Source: Octopus bimaculoides
Lineage: Eukaryota
DNA: 63,769 bases
Reading direction: 5' to 3'
NCBI RefSeq assembly: GCF_001194135.2
Contig: NC_068999.1
Span: 38,413,352-38,477,120, forward strand
This document shows, piece by piece, positions 13,316 through 27,573 of the stretch. The position numbers and the translations under genes are program-made. The notes under the pieces were generated by a model. It was given only the letters and a program-made list of their open reading frames with translations. It was not told where the DNA came from and did not search any database. The number at the start of each line of letters is the position of its first letter. Position 1 is the stretch's first letter.

Positions 13316-13670
13316 TCTTTTCTTTTATTTGTTTCAGTCATTTGACTGTGGCCATGTTGGAGCACCGCCTTTAGTCAAACAAATCAACCCCAAGACTTAT
13401 TATTTGTAAGCCTAGTACTTATGCTATCAGTCTCTTTTGCCAAACCGCTAAGTTGCGGGGATGTAAGCACACCAACATTGGTTGTCAAGTGAGGTTGGGG
13501 GGACAAACACAGACACACAAACATACACAGGCACAATGACACACACACACATCCAAAAGACTTTTTTCAGTTTCCATCTACCAAATCCACTTACAAGGCC
13601 ATGCAATGGGACTGAACCCAGAACCATGTGGTTAATAAGCAAGCTACTTACCACACACCCATTCATACAT
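13315..13670 (-). mobile_element. tRNA-derived SINE, family B (my label), near full length with internal (CA)n
   Basis: Reverse complement of head gtgtggtaagtagcttgctt...ggttctgggttcagtccc, body gtggatttggtagatggaaactgaaa and tail ggtgctccaacatggccacagtcaaatgactgaaacaa. Confidence 0.85.
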
Positions 13671-14117
13671 GAAATAACAAAGGCAGCTATACGCAATATA
13701 AAACCAAAAGGAAATATTCAATTGTCACTAACTGTGACTGAGGGTGCTGAGTAGCAACTATATTGCTAGAAATAAGAGTTAAAATCTTTAAGAGCCACAA
13801 GAAAGCACATTTTCATATACTGACAGGGGAGATAACCACCCCACAGTGAAGCTATATCACTATTCTGGAAGTTACAAGCTCATTGGTAGCGACTATTCCA
13901 TCACTGGCTGATTTAGCTTGTAATGTTATAAAAAAAAATCTGTTACCCACAAGGGCATCACCATTTTGTTTTCCCACTGACTGGGGTCTTAGGCCTGTTA
14001 TTTGACTGCTTTGATTGCTAAAAATGTGAGCTTTTGTCCAGAGAAGAAATTATACAATAAAAATTATGTGTCAAAATTTGCTGCATTGCACTGCAAAAGT
14101 ATTTCCATCATATTTAT

Positions 14118-14150
<33 letters not shown>

Positions 14151-14201
14151 TGTGATTATATATGATATATAATAACATTAATTATTATATGATATAATAT
14201 A

Positions 14202-14240
<39 letters not shown>

Positions 14241-16230
14241 AATACATGTTTCCTTCTGGAGCCATGCCAGGCTGATGAGGGCTGGTTTCCCAGTTTCCGT
14301 GGTGTATATCTTGCCCCACCTGGATGGGATGCTGGTCAGTTACAGGATTACTCATTTTTGCCAGCTGAGTAGACTGGAACAATGTGAAATGAAGTGTCTT
14401 GCTCAAGAACATAACATGTTGCCTAGTCCAGGAATTGAAATCACAATCTTCTGATTATGAGTCCAACACCCTAACCACTAAGCCATCTGCCTCCACTATG
14501 ATGATAATTGTGGCAAATTACAGTTCTTTCTGGAATGCTCATTTACATATGTATGAGTTTTCTCTGTGAGTGGGTGTGTCTGTGAATGAGTTGGACTATT
14601 AAAAGCTTAATGTACATGCATCATTATACAAATACACAATTACTAATGATTTTGAAAGTTAATGATTTTGTAAAAATGATCATCATCAACATCGTTATGA
14701 TCATTGTCAGCACAACTGTTGCTGCTTTCATCAATAATGATATCGGTAAAGGCAGTTTCGTCAACACCATCCCCATCATCAGTCATAATTATCAAAAATA
14801 TCACCACCACCACCACCGTCATTATCATTATTGCCATTTCTACCATTATCAGAATCACCAGCTTCGTTACACCTGTTTACATTTGGCTCTTTCATACATG
14901 CTGGCCTATTTTATGAGCAAAAATATAATTATTTCACATCACAATGAAATTTCCACTGACATTTCTATAATTCTTATCGATCCATTCTATTAAACAGTAG
15001 AACTACTTTCATTACTTGCAGATACATTTGCCATTGTTTGGATCAAAGTCGGGTTTTCCTTTGATATAATTTCAAACAACCGCTATGTGTATGTTCTATG
15101 TTTTATGTTCATCTCTGCTTGAGCAGGTCAATCACCACACAACTTGCTGATCAAACAAACAATTTCATTGATATTTTGGCAATGCTTCATGCCCATTTTG
15201 GTTGTCATTTAGACCCAGATCATTCCTAATGAAGCAGACATAAGTCTAAAAGCATTTCTTAATGTGACCAAATAATCCCTACCCACCCCCATCTCTTTCC
15301 TAAGATTAAATTATTCAGTGTGTGCTGCACTTTTTTAAGCTGATAGGTGAAGGATATGAAGAATTTAACTGTTATTTCAAATGGGTTGAGCAACCACCAG
15401 TACAAGCAGTTCCCAAACTGAGTTTCATGATGCTATGAGATTCTACAATGCTATTTGTAGGAATTTGTGGGCTGAATTCCAAATCTCTAGTTGCTGACAG
15501 AAATGTAGAATATATAATTACGATAAGGCTGATGAAAATGAACTTCTAATATTTCAAAAGTAGTCTGCAAATCTGCAGAAATTGTTAAGTTTTTTAGAAG
15601 TTGTATTGATTGATGATCTAAACTTAAACCTGTTTTGGAACCTGGATTTGGGAACAGACATGACAAAGCAATATCATCTCTCACCTTAAATTTTTTTTCT
15701 TTTGTCAGTTCTGTCATTTATTTGTATATTCAGTTAGAAATGTTTTAATTAAGAGATTAGACTGGAAAAAAAATTTGTAATTAATTAGTAACATTGAATG
15801 GTTCAGTAGGCAAATCTTTGAAAGGGCTGGGGGTCTATCGAATAGTTTATTTAAATAAAAAAGGCTTCTTAGAAGCAGTAAGATTGTGAACCATGAGCAG
15901 AGAAGCTTCCTCATTCTCTTGCATCATACACATAGTTTAAGCAGAAGGATAAATTTGAGAAGCAGTTGGTGGGAATTGGTAAAGAAGCAGTGGGTTTACT
16001 TACCCATATGTAGTTAGCTGCAGCTGAAAGTAGCTGTAAAAAGCTCTGCAATAAATTAATATTTATTGCAAAGAATATTTTCCTTCGATGTTTTTTAAGT
16101 AAGTTGTTAGCAGAGGAATTTTTTTACATTGCTCAGTAGAGTATTCACTATGTTAAGAATTTATTGGAAACTGTTCCAAATGAATATATCACTACAATTG
16201 CTGCCATAATATTTAAAGCAACTTATAAAA

Positions 16231-16575
16231 TGGTGAGCTGGCAGAATCGTCAGCATGAGAGCAAAATGCTTTGCGGCATTTCAATTGACTTCATGTTCTG
16301 AATTCAAATGCGGCCAGGGTCACCTTTGCATTTCATCCACTCATGGTTGATAAAATATGTACCAGTTGAACTCTGGGGTTGATGTAATTGACTTGTCCCC
16401 TCCTTTGAAATTCATCTGTCTTTACATTCTGAGTTCAAATTTCATTGAGGTCAACTTTGCCTTTCATCCTTTTGGGCTCAGTGAAATAAGTACCAGTTGA
16501 ACACCGGGGCCCGCTGTAAATGTTTGCTCCCCTCCTATCAGATTTCAGGCCAAGTGCCTTTAGTAGAAAGGATCA
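16231..16575 (+). mobile_element. Two tandem SINE family A copies (one near full length, one 5'-truncated)
   Basis: Two B-box/core segments at about 16300 and 16432. Confidence 0.8.
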
Positions 16576-16799
16576 CTATTATTATTATTATTATCATAAA
16601 AGATTTTGATGCTATTTATGTTTTACAACTTGTCTCAGTCGTTCCTAATAATTCTAGCCAATAATTCTAGACAACACATTACACAATTTGAGAGATACCT
16701 CACCAAAATATTTTATTGGTTGTATGGAGGCAACGACCGAGATCCTTGGCATTATGTTGTGCTTGATACGAAGACCCATCAAGTCAAGTAAATTCACAT

Positions 16800-17010
16800 T
16801 CGTAGCAGATACAGGTGTCATGCAAATGGCACCCATGCCGGTGGCGTAAAATTACCTATTACACTCTTGGCATTAGGAAGGGAATCCAGCCCTAGAAGCC
16901 ATGCCAAATCAGATTGGGGTCTGGTGCAGCCTTCCAGCTTGCCAGCCCCTGGTCAAACCGTCCAACCCATGCCAGCATGGACAACAGTCATTAAATGATG
17001 AGGATGATAT
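16800..17010 (+). mobile_element. RTE 3' UTR/tail copy. Similar copies at about 790-860(-), 2800-2960(-), 5440-5660(-), 6506-6565(+), 21830-22050(-), 31250-31430(-), 32140-32250(-), 32660-32860(-), 60650-60780(-)
   Basis: ggcattaggaagggaatccagcc...ccgtccaacccatgccagcatggacaacagtcattaaatgatga, the same sequence that follows the RTE ORF end at 59707. Confidence 0.75.
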
Positions 17011-17021
17011 ATATGTGTGTG

Positions 17022-17058
<37 letters not shown>

Positions 17059-18054
17059 ATAATTAAGGGATCAGCAAACATTTGCTTCACCACATACCGA
17101 AGTTCAGAAATAGCAGCTAAAAAAGCTGAGACTCCAACAGATNNNNNNNNNNNNNNNNNNNNNNNNNNNNNNNNNNNNNNNNNNNNNNNNNNNNNNNNNN
17201 NNNNNNNNNNNNNNNNNNNNNNNNNNNNNNNNNNNNNNNNNNNNNNNNNNNNNNNNNNNNNNNNNNNNNNNNNNNNNNNNNNNNNNNNNNNNNNNNNNNN
17301 NNNNNNNNNNNNNNNNNNNNNNNNNNNNNNNNNNNNNNNNNNNNNNNNNNNNNNNNNNNNNNNNNNNNNNNNNNNNNNNNNNNNNNNNNNNNNNNNNNNN
17401 NNNNNNNNNNNNNNNNNNNNNNNNNNNNNNNNNNNNNNNNNNNNNNNNNNNNNNNNNNNNNNNNNNNNNNNNNNNNNNNNNNNNNNNNNNNNNNNNNNNN
17501 NNNNNNNNNNNNNNNNNNNNNNNNNNNNNNNNNNNNNNNNNNNNNNNNNNNATATATAAATAAATATTTATATAAGTAAATATTTATATATATGAAGTGA
17601 GAGCAATGGAATGGTTTTATATGGTGCTGAAGGCTTGCTATGTAACATTGATTTATCTGTGTATTTGGACTCTGGTATTTTTCAGTGCCATTATCCAGAG
17701 AGTTTCTCCTCTCAACAACTGACAACAATATTCTAATTGACATATTTATTTTAACTATGCCAATATTGCTTTCCATTTTTCTCTCTCTGCCTTCCTGCCT
17801 GCTTGCCTGACTGTCTGCCTGCTTGTCTGCCTGCCTGTCTGCCTGTTTCTTTGCTTGCCTATTTGTCTCACCTCTGCATTACCTCTTTCACTTTCTTCCT
17901 CTCTATATGTCTGTTGTGTATATGCATATGTATATATATATATATATATATATANNNNNNNNNNNNNNNNNNNNNNNNNNNNNNNNNNNNNNNNNNNNNN
18001 NNNNNNNNNNNNNNNNNNNNNNNNNNNNNNNNNNNNNNNNNNNNNNNNNNNNNN

Positions 18055-18210
18055 GTTTGTATAATATATACATATATATGTTTGTATAATATATACATAT
18101 ATATCTTTGTATAATATATATATATATATATGTTTGTATAATATATACATATATATGTTTGTATAATATTTGTGTTTGTATATATATATATATATATGTT
18201 TGTATAATAT
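18055..18210. repeat. Minisatellite with an approximately 25-bp unit gtttgtataatatatacatatatat
   Basis: About 5-6 visible units running into an N-gap. Confidence 0.85.
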
Positions 18211-18251
18211 GTGTGTGTTTGTATATATATATGTGTGTGTGTGTGTGTTTG

Positions 18252-18285
<34 letters not shown>

Positions 18286-19084
18286 TATATGCATATATAT
18301 ACATATATGTATATGCACATATATGTGTATATGTGCATATGTATATGTGCACACACACACACACACACATTCTTAGACATGCACTTAAGAATACAAGATT
18401 TCTTGCTTTAAATTTTTAAACAAACCCACATGTTTAATTTATTTGCTGTAAAATTCGAATTAAAAGAATTATTAATTGTGTGAGTGTCTTTGGAAAAGGA
18501 AAAATCTTGCCTTCAGTGGTCTGTTTGATTTATTGAATGTCTTTAAGTGAGATTTTGCTCTGAAGAGAATGCTTGTAAGGACACTTGAAAACTCTATTCA
18601 TGTAACTCTCCCAGGAAGTTGTAGCTGAATGCTCTATGTGTGTGTGTGTGTGTGTTCGTGTATGCACATGTTTGTGTGTGTGTATATATATATATACATG
18701 CACATGCATAAACATATATATCTATACACATGTATATATCTATATATATATATATATATGTGTGTGTGTATGTGTGTATATATATATATGTGTGTATATA
18801 TATTGATGTATACAACACCCACAATTATAGTCAGTAAGAATAGAATAAATGACTAAAAAGAAATGAATAAATTGAATTAATTTAAAAATTAACAGAAATT
18901 AAATGAAATAAAAAGTGAAANNNNNNNNNNNNNNNNNNNNNNNNNNNNNNNNNNNNNNNNNNNNNNNNNNNNNNNNNNNNNNNNNNNNNNNNNNNNNNNN
19001 NNNNNNNNNNNNNNNNNNNNNNNNNNNNNNNNNNNNNNNNNNNNNNNNNNNNNNNNNNNNNNNNNNNNNNNNNNNCTCTCTCTC

Positions 19085-19118
<34 letters not shown>

Positions 19119-19299
19119 CCTCTCTCTCTCTCTAATAGTGTCATTGTTATAATATAATGATTATAAATTATATTATTTCTGGGTTTTTTTCTTTATTCTT
19201 TGGTGGTGTTTGCATTTGTGTTCTACCTTTTGCTGAAAGTAATATTGACGATGACAATAATGATGATTCAGGTGGGAAAAGAAACTCTGGTGATGATGA

Positions 19300-19336
<37 letters not shown>

Positions 19337-19551
19337 CCTTTCTACTAAAAGCACAAGGCCTGAAAATTTTGGGGAGAGACTAATCAATTACATTGACTCC
19401 AATGTTTCACTGGTACTTAATTTCATTGACCCCGAAAGAATGAAAGGCAAAGTCGACCTCAGTGGAATTTGAACTCAGAATGTAGCAGCAGACAAAATAC
19501 GGCTAAGCATTTTGCTTGGCATGCTAATGATTCTGCCAGCACACCACCTTA
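19300..19551 (-). mobile_element. Full-length SINE family A with (AAT)n at its tail end
   Basis: Reverse complement of head, core and tail, with (aat)n at 19300-19335. A second partial copy lies at about 19575-19720. Confidence 0.85.
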
Positions 19552-19862
19552 AATAATGATAAGAATAATAATGACGATGATGATGGTTTCAAATTTTGCC
19601 ACAAGGACAGCAATTTTTGGAGAGTGGATGAGTCAATTACATTAACCCCAGTGTTCAACTGGTACTTATTTTATCGACCCCAGAAGGATGAAAGGTAAAG
19701 TCGACCCTGATGGAATTAGTGACAGGCGAAGAGTTATCATGTACATTGTTTTGTCTTGTTATAAAAGATGGGCTACACAAATATTCTGCTAAATACCAAG
19801 GATTTGCTTGTCAGTTGCTTGGCCTTAACCAGTTGAGCATGTCCCTTGGTGGCAGATGAGGA

Positions 19863-20500
19863 AGAGGAAAATTATTCAGCATTGAAAACACTGCACTTGC
19901 CATAGACACAGAAATTAGAGAATTAGACCCCAACCGCTCATACAAATATCTAGGAATAGAAGAAACAGCTAAAATACAACACACAAAAATGAAAAAGAAA
20001 ACTAGGAGAGAATATTACAGAAGAGTTAGACTAATATTAAACACTGAACTTAATGCTAAAAATAAGATAATAGGGATAAACACACTAGCCATACCAGTCA
20101 TAAATTACAGCTTTAACATAATAAACTGAAAGATCGGTGAATTGAGAAACCTAGATAGAAAAACCAGAAAACTACTAAAGGTGTGTTGAAGTCACCACTC
20201 CAAAGCAGATGCTGACTGAATATATGTACCACACTTAGAAGAGGCCATGGTTTGGCACAGATAGAGAACTGCTATAAAAAAATAATAGTTGGATTAGAAA
20301 AGTACTTAGAAACAAAAAGTGGAAGACTACTACATGTAATAAAGCAACACTAGAAAAAGAAAATAGTTTTCCCTATACACAAGGAGGCAACAAAATAGAA
20401 AACAGAAACAAACTAGAATAATACACTCATCTCAGATGGCAACATAGCAAAAATGGTGAAAGAGACAAAGAACAACATGGAAACAGAACTACAAAACATG
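19863..20500 (+). mobile_element. R4/Dong-clade non-LTR retrotransposon remnant (C-terminal RT/thumb region)
   Basis: Reads IRELDPNRSYKYLGIEE...REYYRRVRLILNTELNAKNKIIGINTLAIPVINYSFNIIN*...LDRKTRKLL...HHSKADAD*IYVP/GGHGLAQIE, typical R4/Dong motifs. Three in-frame TGA stops and a frameshift. Confidence 0.88.
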
Positions 20501-22249
20501 CATATCTCTGGTCAACCAGTTTGTTTTTATTTGATAAGGTTCTGGCGTGTTTAAAGCTAAAACTGCCCCATTTAGCATAGAATTTCCATACAAGTGCTTA
20601 AAAATGATTAATTTTAAAAATAACAAAAAAAAAAAAGAGAAAGAAAAAAAAGCAAAGACTATGGCCACTGTTATTACTACCACTACTGCCACCACCACCA
20701 CCACCACCACCACTGCTGCTGCTAATACCATTGTCACCATGGAGAAAAGGAACTAATACTCTTGAGGTATTTAAAAAAGAAAGTCTTAAAAACAATTTAT
20801 AGTTGAATTAGTTGTGCACTTTACTGGTTTTTGTTTCTCTGAGAATCATTATATTTGATTCCTCTGTAAATGGTATTAAACAAGGGTGGGGAGGATGGCT
20901 AAAGCTAATCAGAATAAGGATAATAACACTGGTGATTGTGATGGTTGTGGAGTTGAAGAGGATGGTAGTGGTGGTGGTGAAGATGACAGCGGTGGTGGTC
21001 GAGGTGTGGAAGATGATGATGATGAAAGCCGCTATTGTATCATCTTTATTAATGCTAGTTTTTGCTAACACAAAAGAAACACTAAAATTTGTTTCTCTTT
21101 GGCTTCTATTAAAGACAGCTATAAAAAAAGGCTTTTCTTTTCTTTTCTTAATTCTCTTTGTAAAAAATAAAAAAAACAAAAACAAACTAAACAGAAAAAA
21201 AAAAAGGAAAACATTACATTGAAAGAAAAGTGTGGAAAAAGATGGTTAGTGACTGACTACTAATGTCTATTATTTTTATTTTTAAATATTCTTTTATATT
21301 TGTTTTATGTTAATACGATGGGGGAAATGGGTTTTAGGAGAATAAGTTCTGTTTTATAAACTTATAATTGCTTAAGCTATTAACCTCTTTGGAGCTTGTA
21401 TTTGTAAATTTAGATTATCTACATCTACACTTTGGTTTCAACTAATATGATACTCATCATCATTAGGTTTCTGTTGCTGCTGTTGTTGTTGTTGTTGTTG
21501 TTGATGTTTAATTGAGAAGATCTACGATCAAAGAAACTGCAGCTGTGAAAATCTCTTGTTAACGGTATTCTTTTATTCTTTTACTTGTTGCAGTCATTTG
21601 ACTGTGGCCATACCGGAGCACAGACTTATCTATAACTTGTTTATATTAAGTTGGTTTCCTTTTATAAAAATATCATAGGTTGTTGTATTCTGCAATGATT
21701 TTTCAGCAGGAATGGCCATGTAGTTAGGACACTAGCTTTGCAAAAATGTGGATTTTGGTTCAGTTCCAGTGCCCGACCCCCTGGGCAAGCGTCTTCTGCT
21801 ATAACCTTTGGCCAACCAAATGTAGATGTCTGTCATCACCATCATCACTTAACGTCTGTTTCCATGCTAGTATGGGTTGGATGGTTTAACTGGAGATAGT
21901 GAATGGAAGGGCTGTACCAAATTCTAGCTTCAGCTTTGGCATGGTTTCTACTGCTAGGTGCCCTTCCTAATGTCAACCACGTGTGTTGTGGATGCCTTTT
22001 CTTCATGCCACCAGCACTCGTGAAGTCGCCATGTATCTTGCAAGATAAAAAAAAAAAAGAAAAAGAAAAAGAACAGAGGAGATGGAAAGAACTTCTCTTA
22101 GTAAGTGGGTGAGGTGGAAGATGGGGCGGTGGCTTTATGCCAGGAGCTGAAAGGCTGAGATATGACAAAGAAACAAGCTCATGAACTATAGGACACAAGC
22201 TTGGTTCTAAAGCACACACACCCCACCTTATTTATCATAGTACCACTGG

Positions 22250-23345
22250 TCATAGCAGAGGAGTTTAACTCTACTGGATGTTCAATGCTTCAGAGGTGAA
22301 AACAAAGGATTAAGATCATTGGCTGTTTGTTGTGCTCAAGAAAACCCATCCACTTCAGCAAAAGTGAGGCCCTAAATGCATGTCACCTATGTTTATTCCC
22401 CCTGCACCCAATCTAAACCTCCCTCCCATTCCTAAAACCCAATCCCCCCTTCACCAAGCACCCACAAAAGCCTGTTTTCCTATCATCCACCCTTCCCACA
22501 ACTCAACCACACGTTTATCATCCTTCTCCTGACAGAACTATCCACCCAGTTGCTGTAATTAGGAGACTACTTCCTTCTACACTCACTCTTCATATCATCC
22601 CTTTCCCAATCATTCCACACTATGCTCCTTTCACCTCCCATTCTCCTGTGCACCCTTAATTTTGCCAGCAGCAGCAGCCATCCCCATGCTACCCCTGTCA
22701 TTCTCTCACCACTTCTTCGCTCATCTACCTCTGACTTCACTGTGCATTTCACACACCACCCCCCGTTCACTTCACCCCTTCTTGGTGCCACCTCTTACCT
22801 CCTTGACCCATACCTACTTCCTCCTCTTTGCCCTCCAAAAGATGAATGAGTAACCTTGATTCCACCCATGTTCACCACTCATCTCTATCTATCAGCCACT
22901 CACCACTCACATTCCCACCCATACCACTGCTCTTACTTTTCTGTTCCTTGAAGTTATGCCCTGACACATCTTTACCACCATCTTCCTCCTCCTTCTCTAC
23001 CTGGGGTGACCATGTATCTCCCCTACAGCAAGATGGATCTTTTCCTGTCACTGCCCCACCATCACACTGTAAACCACTCCTCACCTAGAATAAAGCCTCC
23101 TCCCTCCATACTATGCCCCCCCACCCCACCAACTCATTTGAGGTTATCTGGTGACCATACTAGCACTGGTATCACATAAAAAGCACTTGGTACATACTGT
23201 AAAGTGGTTGGTTGGCATTAGGAAAGGCATCCAGCCGTAGAAAACAGGCCAAAGCAGACATTAGAGCTTGACACGGTCCTCTGGCTTGCCAGCCCCTGTC
23301 AACTCATTCCAGCATGAAGAACAGACGTTAAATGATGATGATGAC
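22250..23345 (+). mobile_element. RTE LINE 3' end with a long C-rich 3' UTR and (GAT)n tail
   Basis: KTKD*DHWLFVVLKKTHPLQQK* resembles an RTE C-terminus. It is followed by about 800 bp of C-rich sequence and the common ...ggcatccagc...gacgttaaatgatgatgat tail. Confidence 0.55.
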
Positions 23346-23681
23346 GACTTGCTTTTGTTTAAGTGTTATTCGAAACACCAACTCAGAGATGAAAATATAA
23401 AAGTTATTTCAATAAATCCCACAACATTCTCGATTATCTACAAACTTGAGACAGAGAAGTGATTTCATTCGAAGCAAGGTTAATCGGTTTTTGTTTCGTT
23501 TCCTCATTCATTATAATTATAATGTTCTTTTCTTTTGTCTATGAAATGGAAGTGCTTGTGGAGTTATTAAAAAGGCAATTTGATGTTATATGTCCTTTCG
23601 AAAGGTGTTACACAGTAAATATTTGAAGTTATGACCTAATGAAATAAAGCAGTCTAGCACCTTCAGACTCACAGCTTTTTC

Positions 23682-23715
<34 letters not shown>

Positions 23716-26700
23716 ACACACATGCTGTCTTTGTAATTATTCAGATTACTGCGGCAAATCAGTGGCTTTTATTGTATTAAAAGCTTGTATAACTAAATTT
23801 GTTTGCAACAATTTTTAGCAGAACTTGTGAATTAATTCTTGGTGAAAATTCCAGGTGTTGAGTTGTTGGTTTTATGGTAAAGCAACAAGTTTGTCAGAAA
23901 ATGTATTGACATCATCATTAAATATAATTCTTTAATTTTCTTCTGTAAAGAATTAGAATAGATTGCTTGGTAAGTTGTAAGATGCTATCTGCTCTGTCTT
24001 AGAGGGGTTGTCTGGTAATGTGACTGCCTGATAGAATACCTTATGGAATGGTTCTCTAGTTGCATAAGGTTATCTAGTACAATGAAGATATTAATGTTTC
24101 TTGTTCAAAGAATGACACTTAGCAATTGAATTAAATTGACCATTGCAGTAGGGTTGGCTGATATAATCAGAGGGTCCAAAATGTGACTGCCTGGTATAAT
24201 TTTGTTGTGTAAAGAGATTGTCTGGTATATGAAAGCCGCCTGGCAGTATGCCATTGTGAATGTGTTGTGGTTATTTAGAGGAGACATATGATAAGAGTTA
24301 TTCCAACTGGGACCATCCAGGTTGTTTGTTTTTCCTCACTTGTTTTGTTTTTCAGACACATTATTAACATTTTTCAATCTGTCTTTTAATAAAAAAAAAA
24401 ACCCCATAGCATGGGTTGTCTTGACATGCATAATAGCATGTAACCACATGGTAGAATGTGGTTGTCTATTAGCAAAATGCGGTGGTATGGTAGAAAGAGT
24501 CACCTGGTAAACGAGGTTGTCTTCATAGATGTGGTTGTCTAGATGACATATATAACCAACCTGTAGAATGCATCTAATTCCGTGGTCAATTGACAAATGT
24601 AACAGATTTAGTGTAAGACTTGCTTGTGTTTCTCTTTGTCTTCCCATCATGTGTTAGTTTTAAACTGACATCACCATCTGAAGCAGTGTCATGTGAAGGA
24701 TGAAGGAAAATATCAGCTTACCTGGGAAACAGGTAAGAGTTGGCAACAGAAACAACCTCTGGCTATCAATATCCTGTCCCAACAAATTCTATAGACTCTT
24801 ACAAAGTTGGAAAAGTGGATGTTAAAATGATGACTGAGGATTCTGAATAAAAGTGCCCCTTTTTTGATGCCAGTTGTTGTGATTGTTGTGATTTATTCAC
24901 AGGTCCTTCCTAATTCATCTCACATTCCAGTCTTTTGTTGCTGCTTTCACTACAACACCTTATCTATGCTCAACTGACACACCCACTACATCCCGTCATC
25001 ACCCATGATCTACCTCCCCCTCTTATACACTCTGTGCACGAACTGCTTTTGCACAATCTTTCCTTCTTAGAAGATCAATCACATGAAAATTCCTTCCTGT
25101 TACTGTCTACATTTTTCCTGAAAACATTGATTTACAAATGCATAAACTGAGCAGCTAAGGGCCTTCACCTGTCAGGATTCGTCTTGTATCTGTGCCTGTA
25201 TACACAGGCCTGGACAAAGAGTTTCTTTTTCCTGGAAGTAAGTCCTCCAAGAGAAAACTCCTACCATAAGTGTGATACAACTTAGCACCTCTGTTGTGGC
25301 CAGAATGCAAGAAAGCTGGAGCCAATGTCACAAGGCTTCCTATTTAACAGTGGTCAAACTTCTGCTAATTCACGATCCCAAATCAGTAATTTTTACTGCT
25401 ACCAAAAGGATAAGAGACAAATTTGATCCTGGCAGGATTTGAACATAGAGTGCAGGAAGTCAAATGAAGTAATGACTCAGCTGATTTCCCATTTAAACTG
25501 AGCACCAACCATATATGCCTTGCTAGTAAAATAATTTTCTATAAAGTTTATGTGGAGGCCACCTTTTTCTTGATTAAAACAAACAAGAGTAAACCTTCTC
25601 TACAAGTAAGTTCAATTGCCAGTCAGTCAGCTAGTGTTGCTACAGTTGTCCCAAATGCATAAATTCAACTGTAATTCTTTTCCTCATCCATTTTAAGACA
25701 TCCAAATAAGAAATTGTTAATTTACAAAATTTTTAATTTTGTTTTTGTTTTTAGACAATCAACAACTTGCTATTTGCTTGTCAATCATCATAGTATGTCA
25801 GCCTATAAATTCTAGTTTTTTCTTTTTTTTTTTCATTTAATTAATTTATTTATTCATTTATTTGCGTAGTTAAACTGAGAATATTGTTAATTCTCAGCTA
25901 TTAATTAATTCAGTAAATTTGATTTAAATTAATTTTCTCGTCAATTTTTAAGCAAATGTTGAAGTACAAATTTTTTTCCTCTTTCAAAAGAGAAATGTTA
26001 AATACATAATTTTCTAGTTATTTCTGAATGTTTACTGTCTGTCTGTATGTCACCAAATGTAGCTTGTGTCCACAAACGGTAAAGAAGGGATACCAAGGTC
26101 AATTGAAAGGAGCATTAATTGATGTTTGAGGGTCAGAGATAGAAGGGATCTTGAACCAATTTTCTGTCGCATAATTGGTTATCAACTTGTATTGAAATTA
26201 TTGCTCTGGCAAGGAGGAAATCAGTGATCAAGGGAGGGATTAAAACAGGCAATCAAACACCAGAAGGTATTTTGCTTGATATATTTGAAGTACTGCCGTA
26301 TATACATATATATATCTATATTCTTATACCTGTTTGTCCTTTGACTGCAGCCATGCTAGAGCACTGCCTTTAGTTGAACAAATCAATCCAGGACTTATTC
26401 TTTGTAAGCCTGGTACTGGCACCCAAGCCAGTGGAGCGCTAACAGCACTATCCGAGTGTGATCATTGCAAGAGCAGCTGTCTGGCTTCTGTGACAGTGGC
26501 ATGTAAATAGCACCATTTGAGTGTGATCATTACCAGCATTGGCTTATTTGTCTTACAAGACACTATTTCACGTTGCTCCAGTCCACTCAGCTGGCAAAAA
26601 AGAGTAGTACCTGTATTTCAAAGGGCTAGCCTCTCTGAGTATTACGTTAAGGTTAGACATGTTTGTGGAGTACTCTGCCACTTGCATGTTAATTTCGTGA

Positions 26701-27036
26701 GCAGGTTGTTCCATTGATTGGATCATCTGGGACCCTCTTCGTCATAACCGACAGAATACTCCTATATATATGTGTGTGTGTGTGTACAGTTCTACCCAAG
26801 GGACAGGATAGGGGACATGAGTTTCGAATAGGGACTGGTCGTATTGAAATGGTAATGTTCAGCTTGATCAATTATTGGGAAACACAAGAAAGTGGTACCA
26901 ATTTAAGATGGCTAAAATATCTGAGAATTAAACGCTATCCACAAATGTATCAGAGAAATTCTCTGCAGCGAAACATTAATTTAGCCATAATATTTGAATT
27001 ATTATTACTGCTACAGCTATAAGCATTGTATGTATT

Positions 27037-27072
<36 letters not shown>

Positions 27073-27212
27073 NNNNNNNNNNNNNNNNNNNNNNNNNNNN
27101 NNNNNNNNNNNNNNNNNNNNNNNNNNNNNNNNNNNNNNNNNNNNNNNNNNNCACACACACACACACACACACATTTATCAGTACTGTATGAATGTATAAA
27201 AATATATACATA

Positions 27213-27243
<31 letters not shown>

Positions 27244-27454
27244 CTATGTATGTTTGTATATATATGTGTGTGCACATTAAAACACATGGTGCACACACAT
27301 ATGCATGCCTCTGTACACATGCTTCCCTCTGTGTGTGTGTGTGTGTGTGTGAATGAGTGATTACAATCTTATAATGCAAAAGGATAAATTTATATTCCTC
27401 ATTGTTATTATTCTTAATATTTTTGTTGTTGCTATACATTATTTTTGTCCTGTT

Positions 27455-27492
<38 letters not shown>

Positions 27493-27533
27493 TTTTTTTT
27501 TTCTGATCTAATTTCAGTCACTTAGCTGGCTGC

Positions 27534-27573
<40 letters not shown>

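Noticed and set aside
15340-16220. Possible decayed ORF (e.g. KGLGVYRIVYLNKKGFL)
   Set aside because: Many stops in all frames and no family I can assign. Needs TBLASTX.
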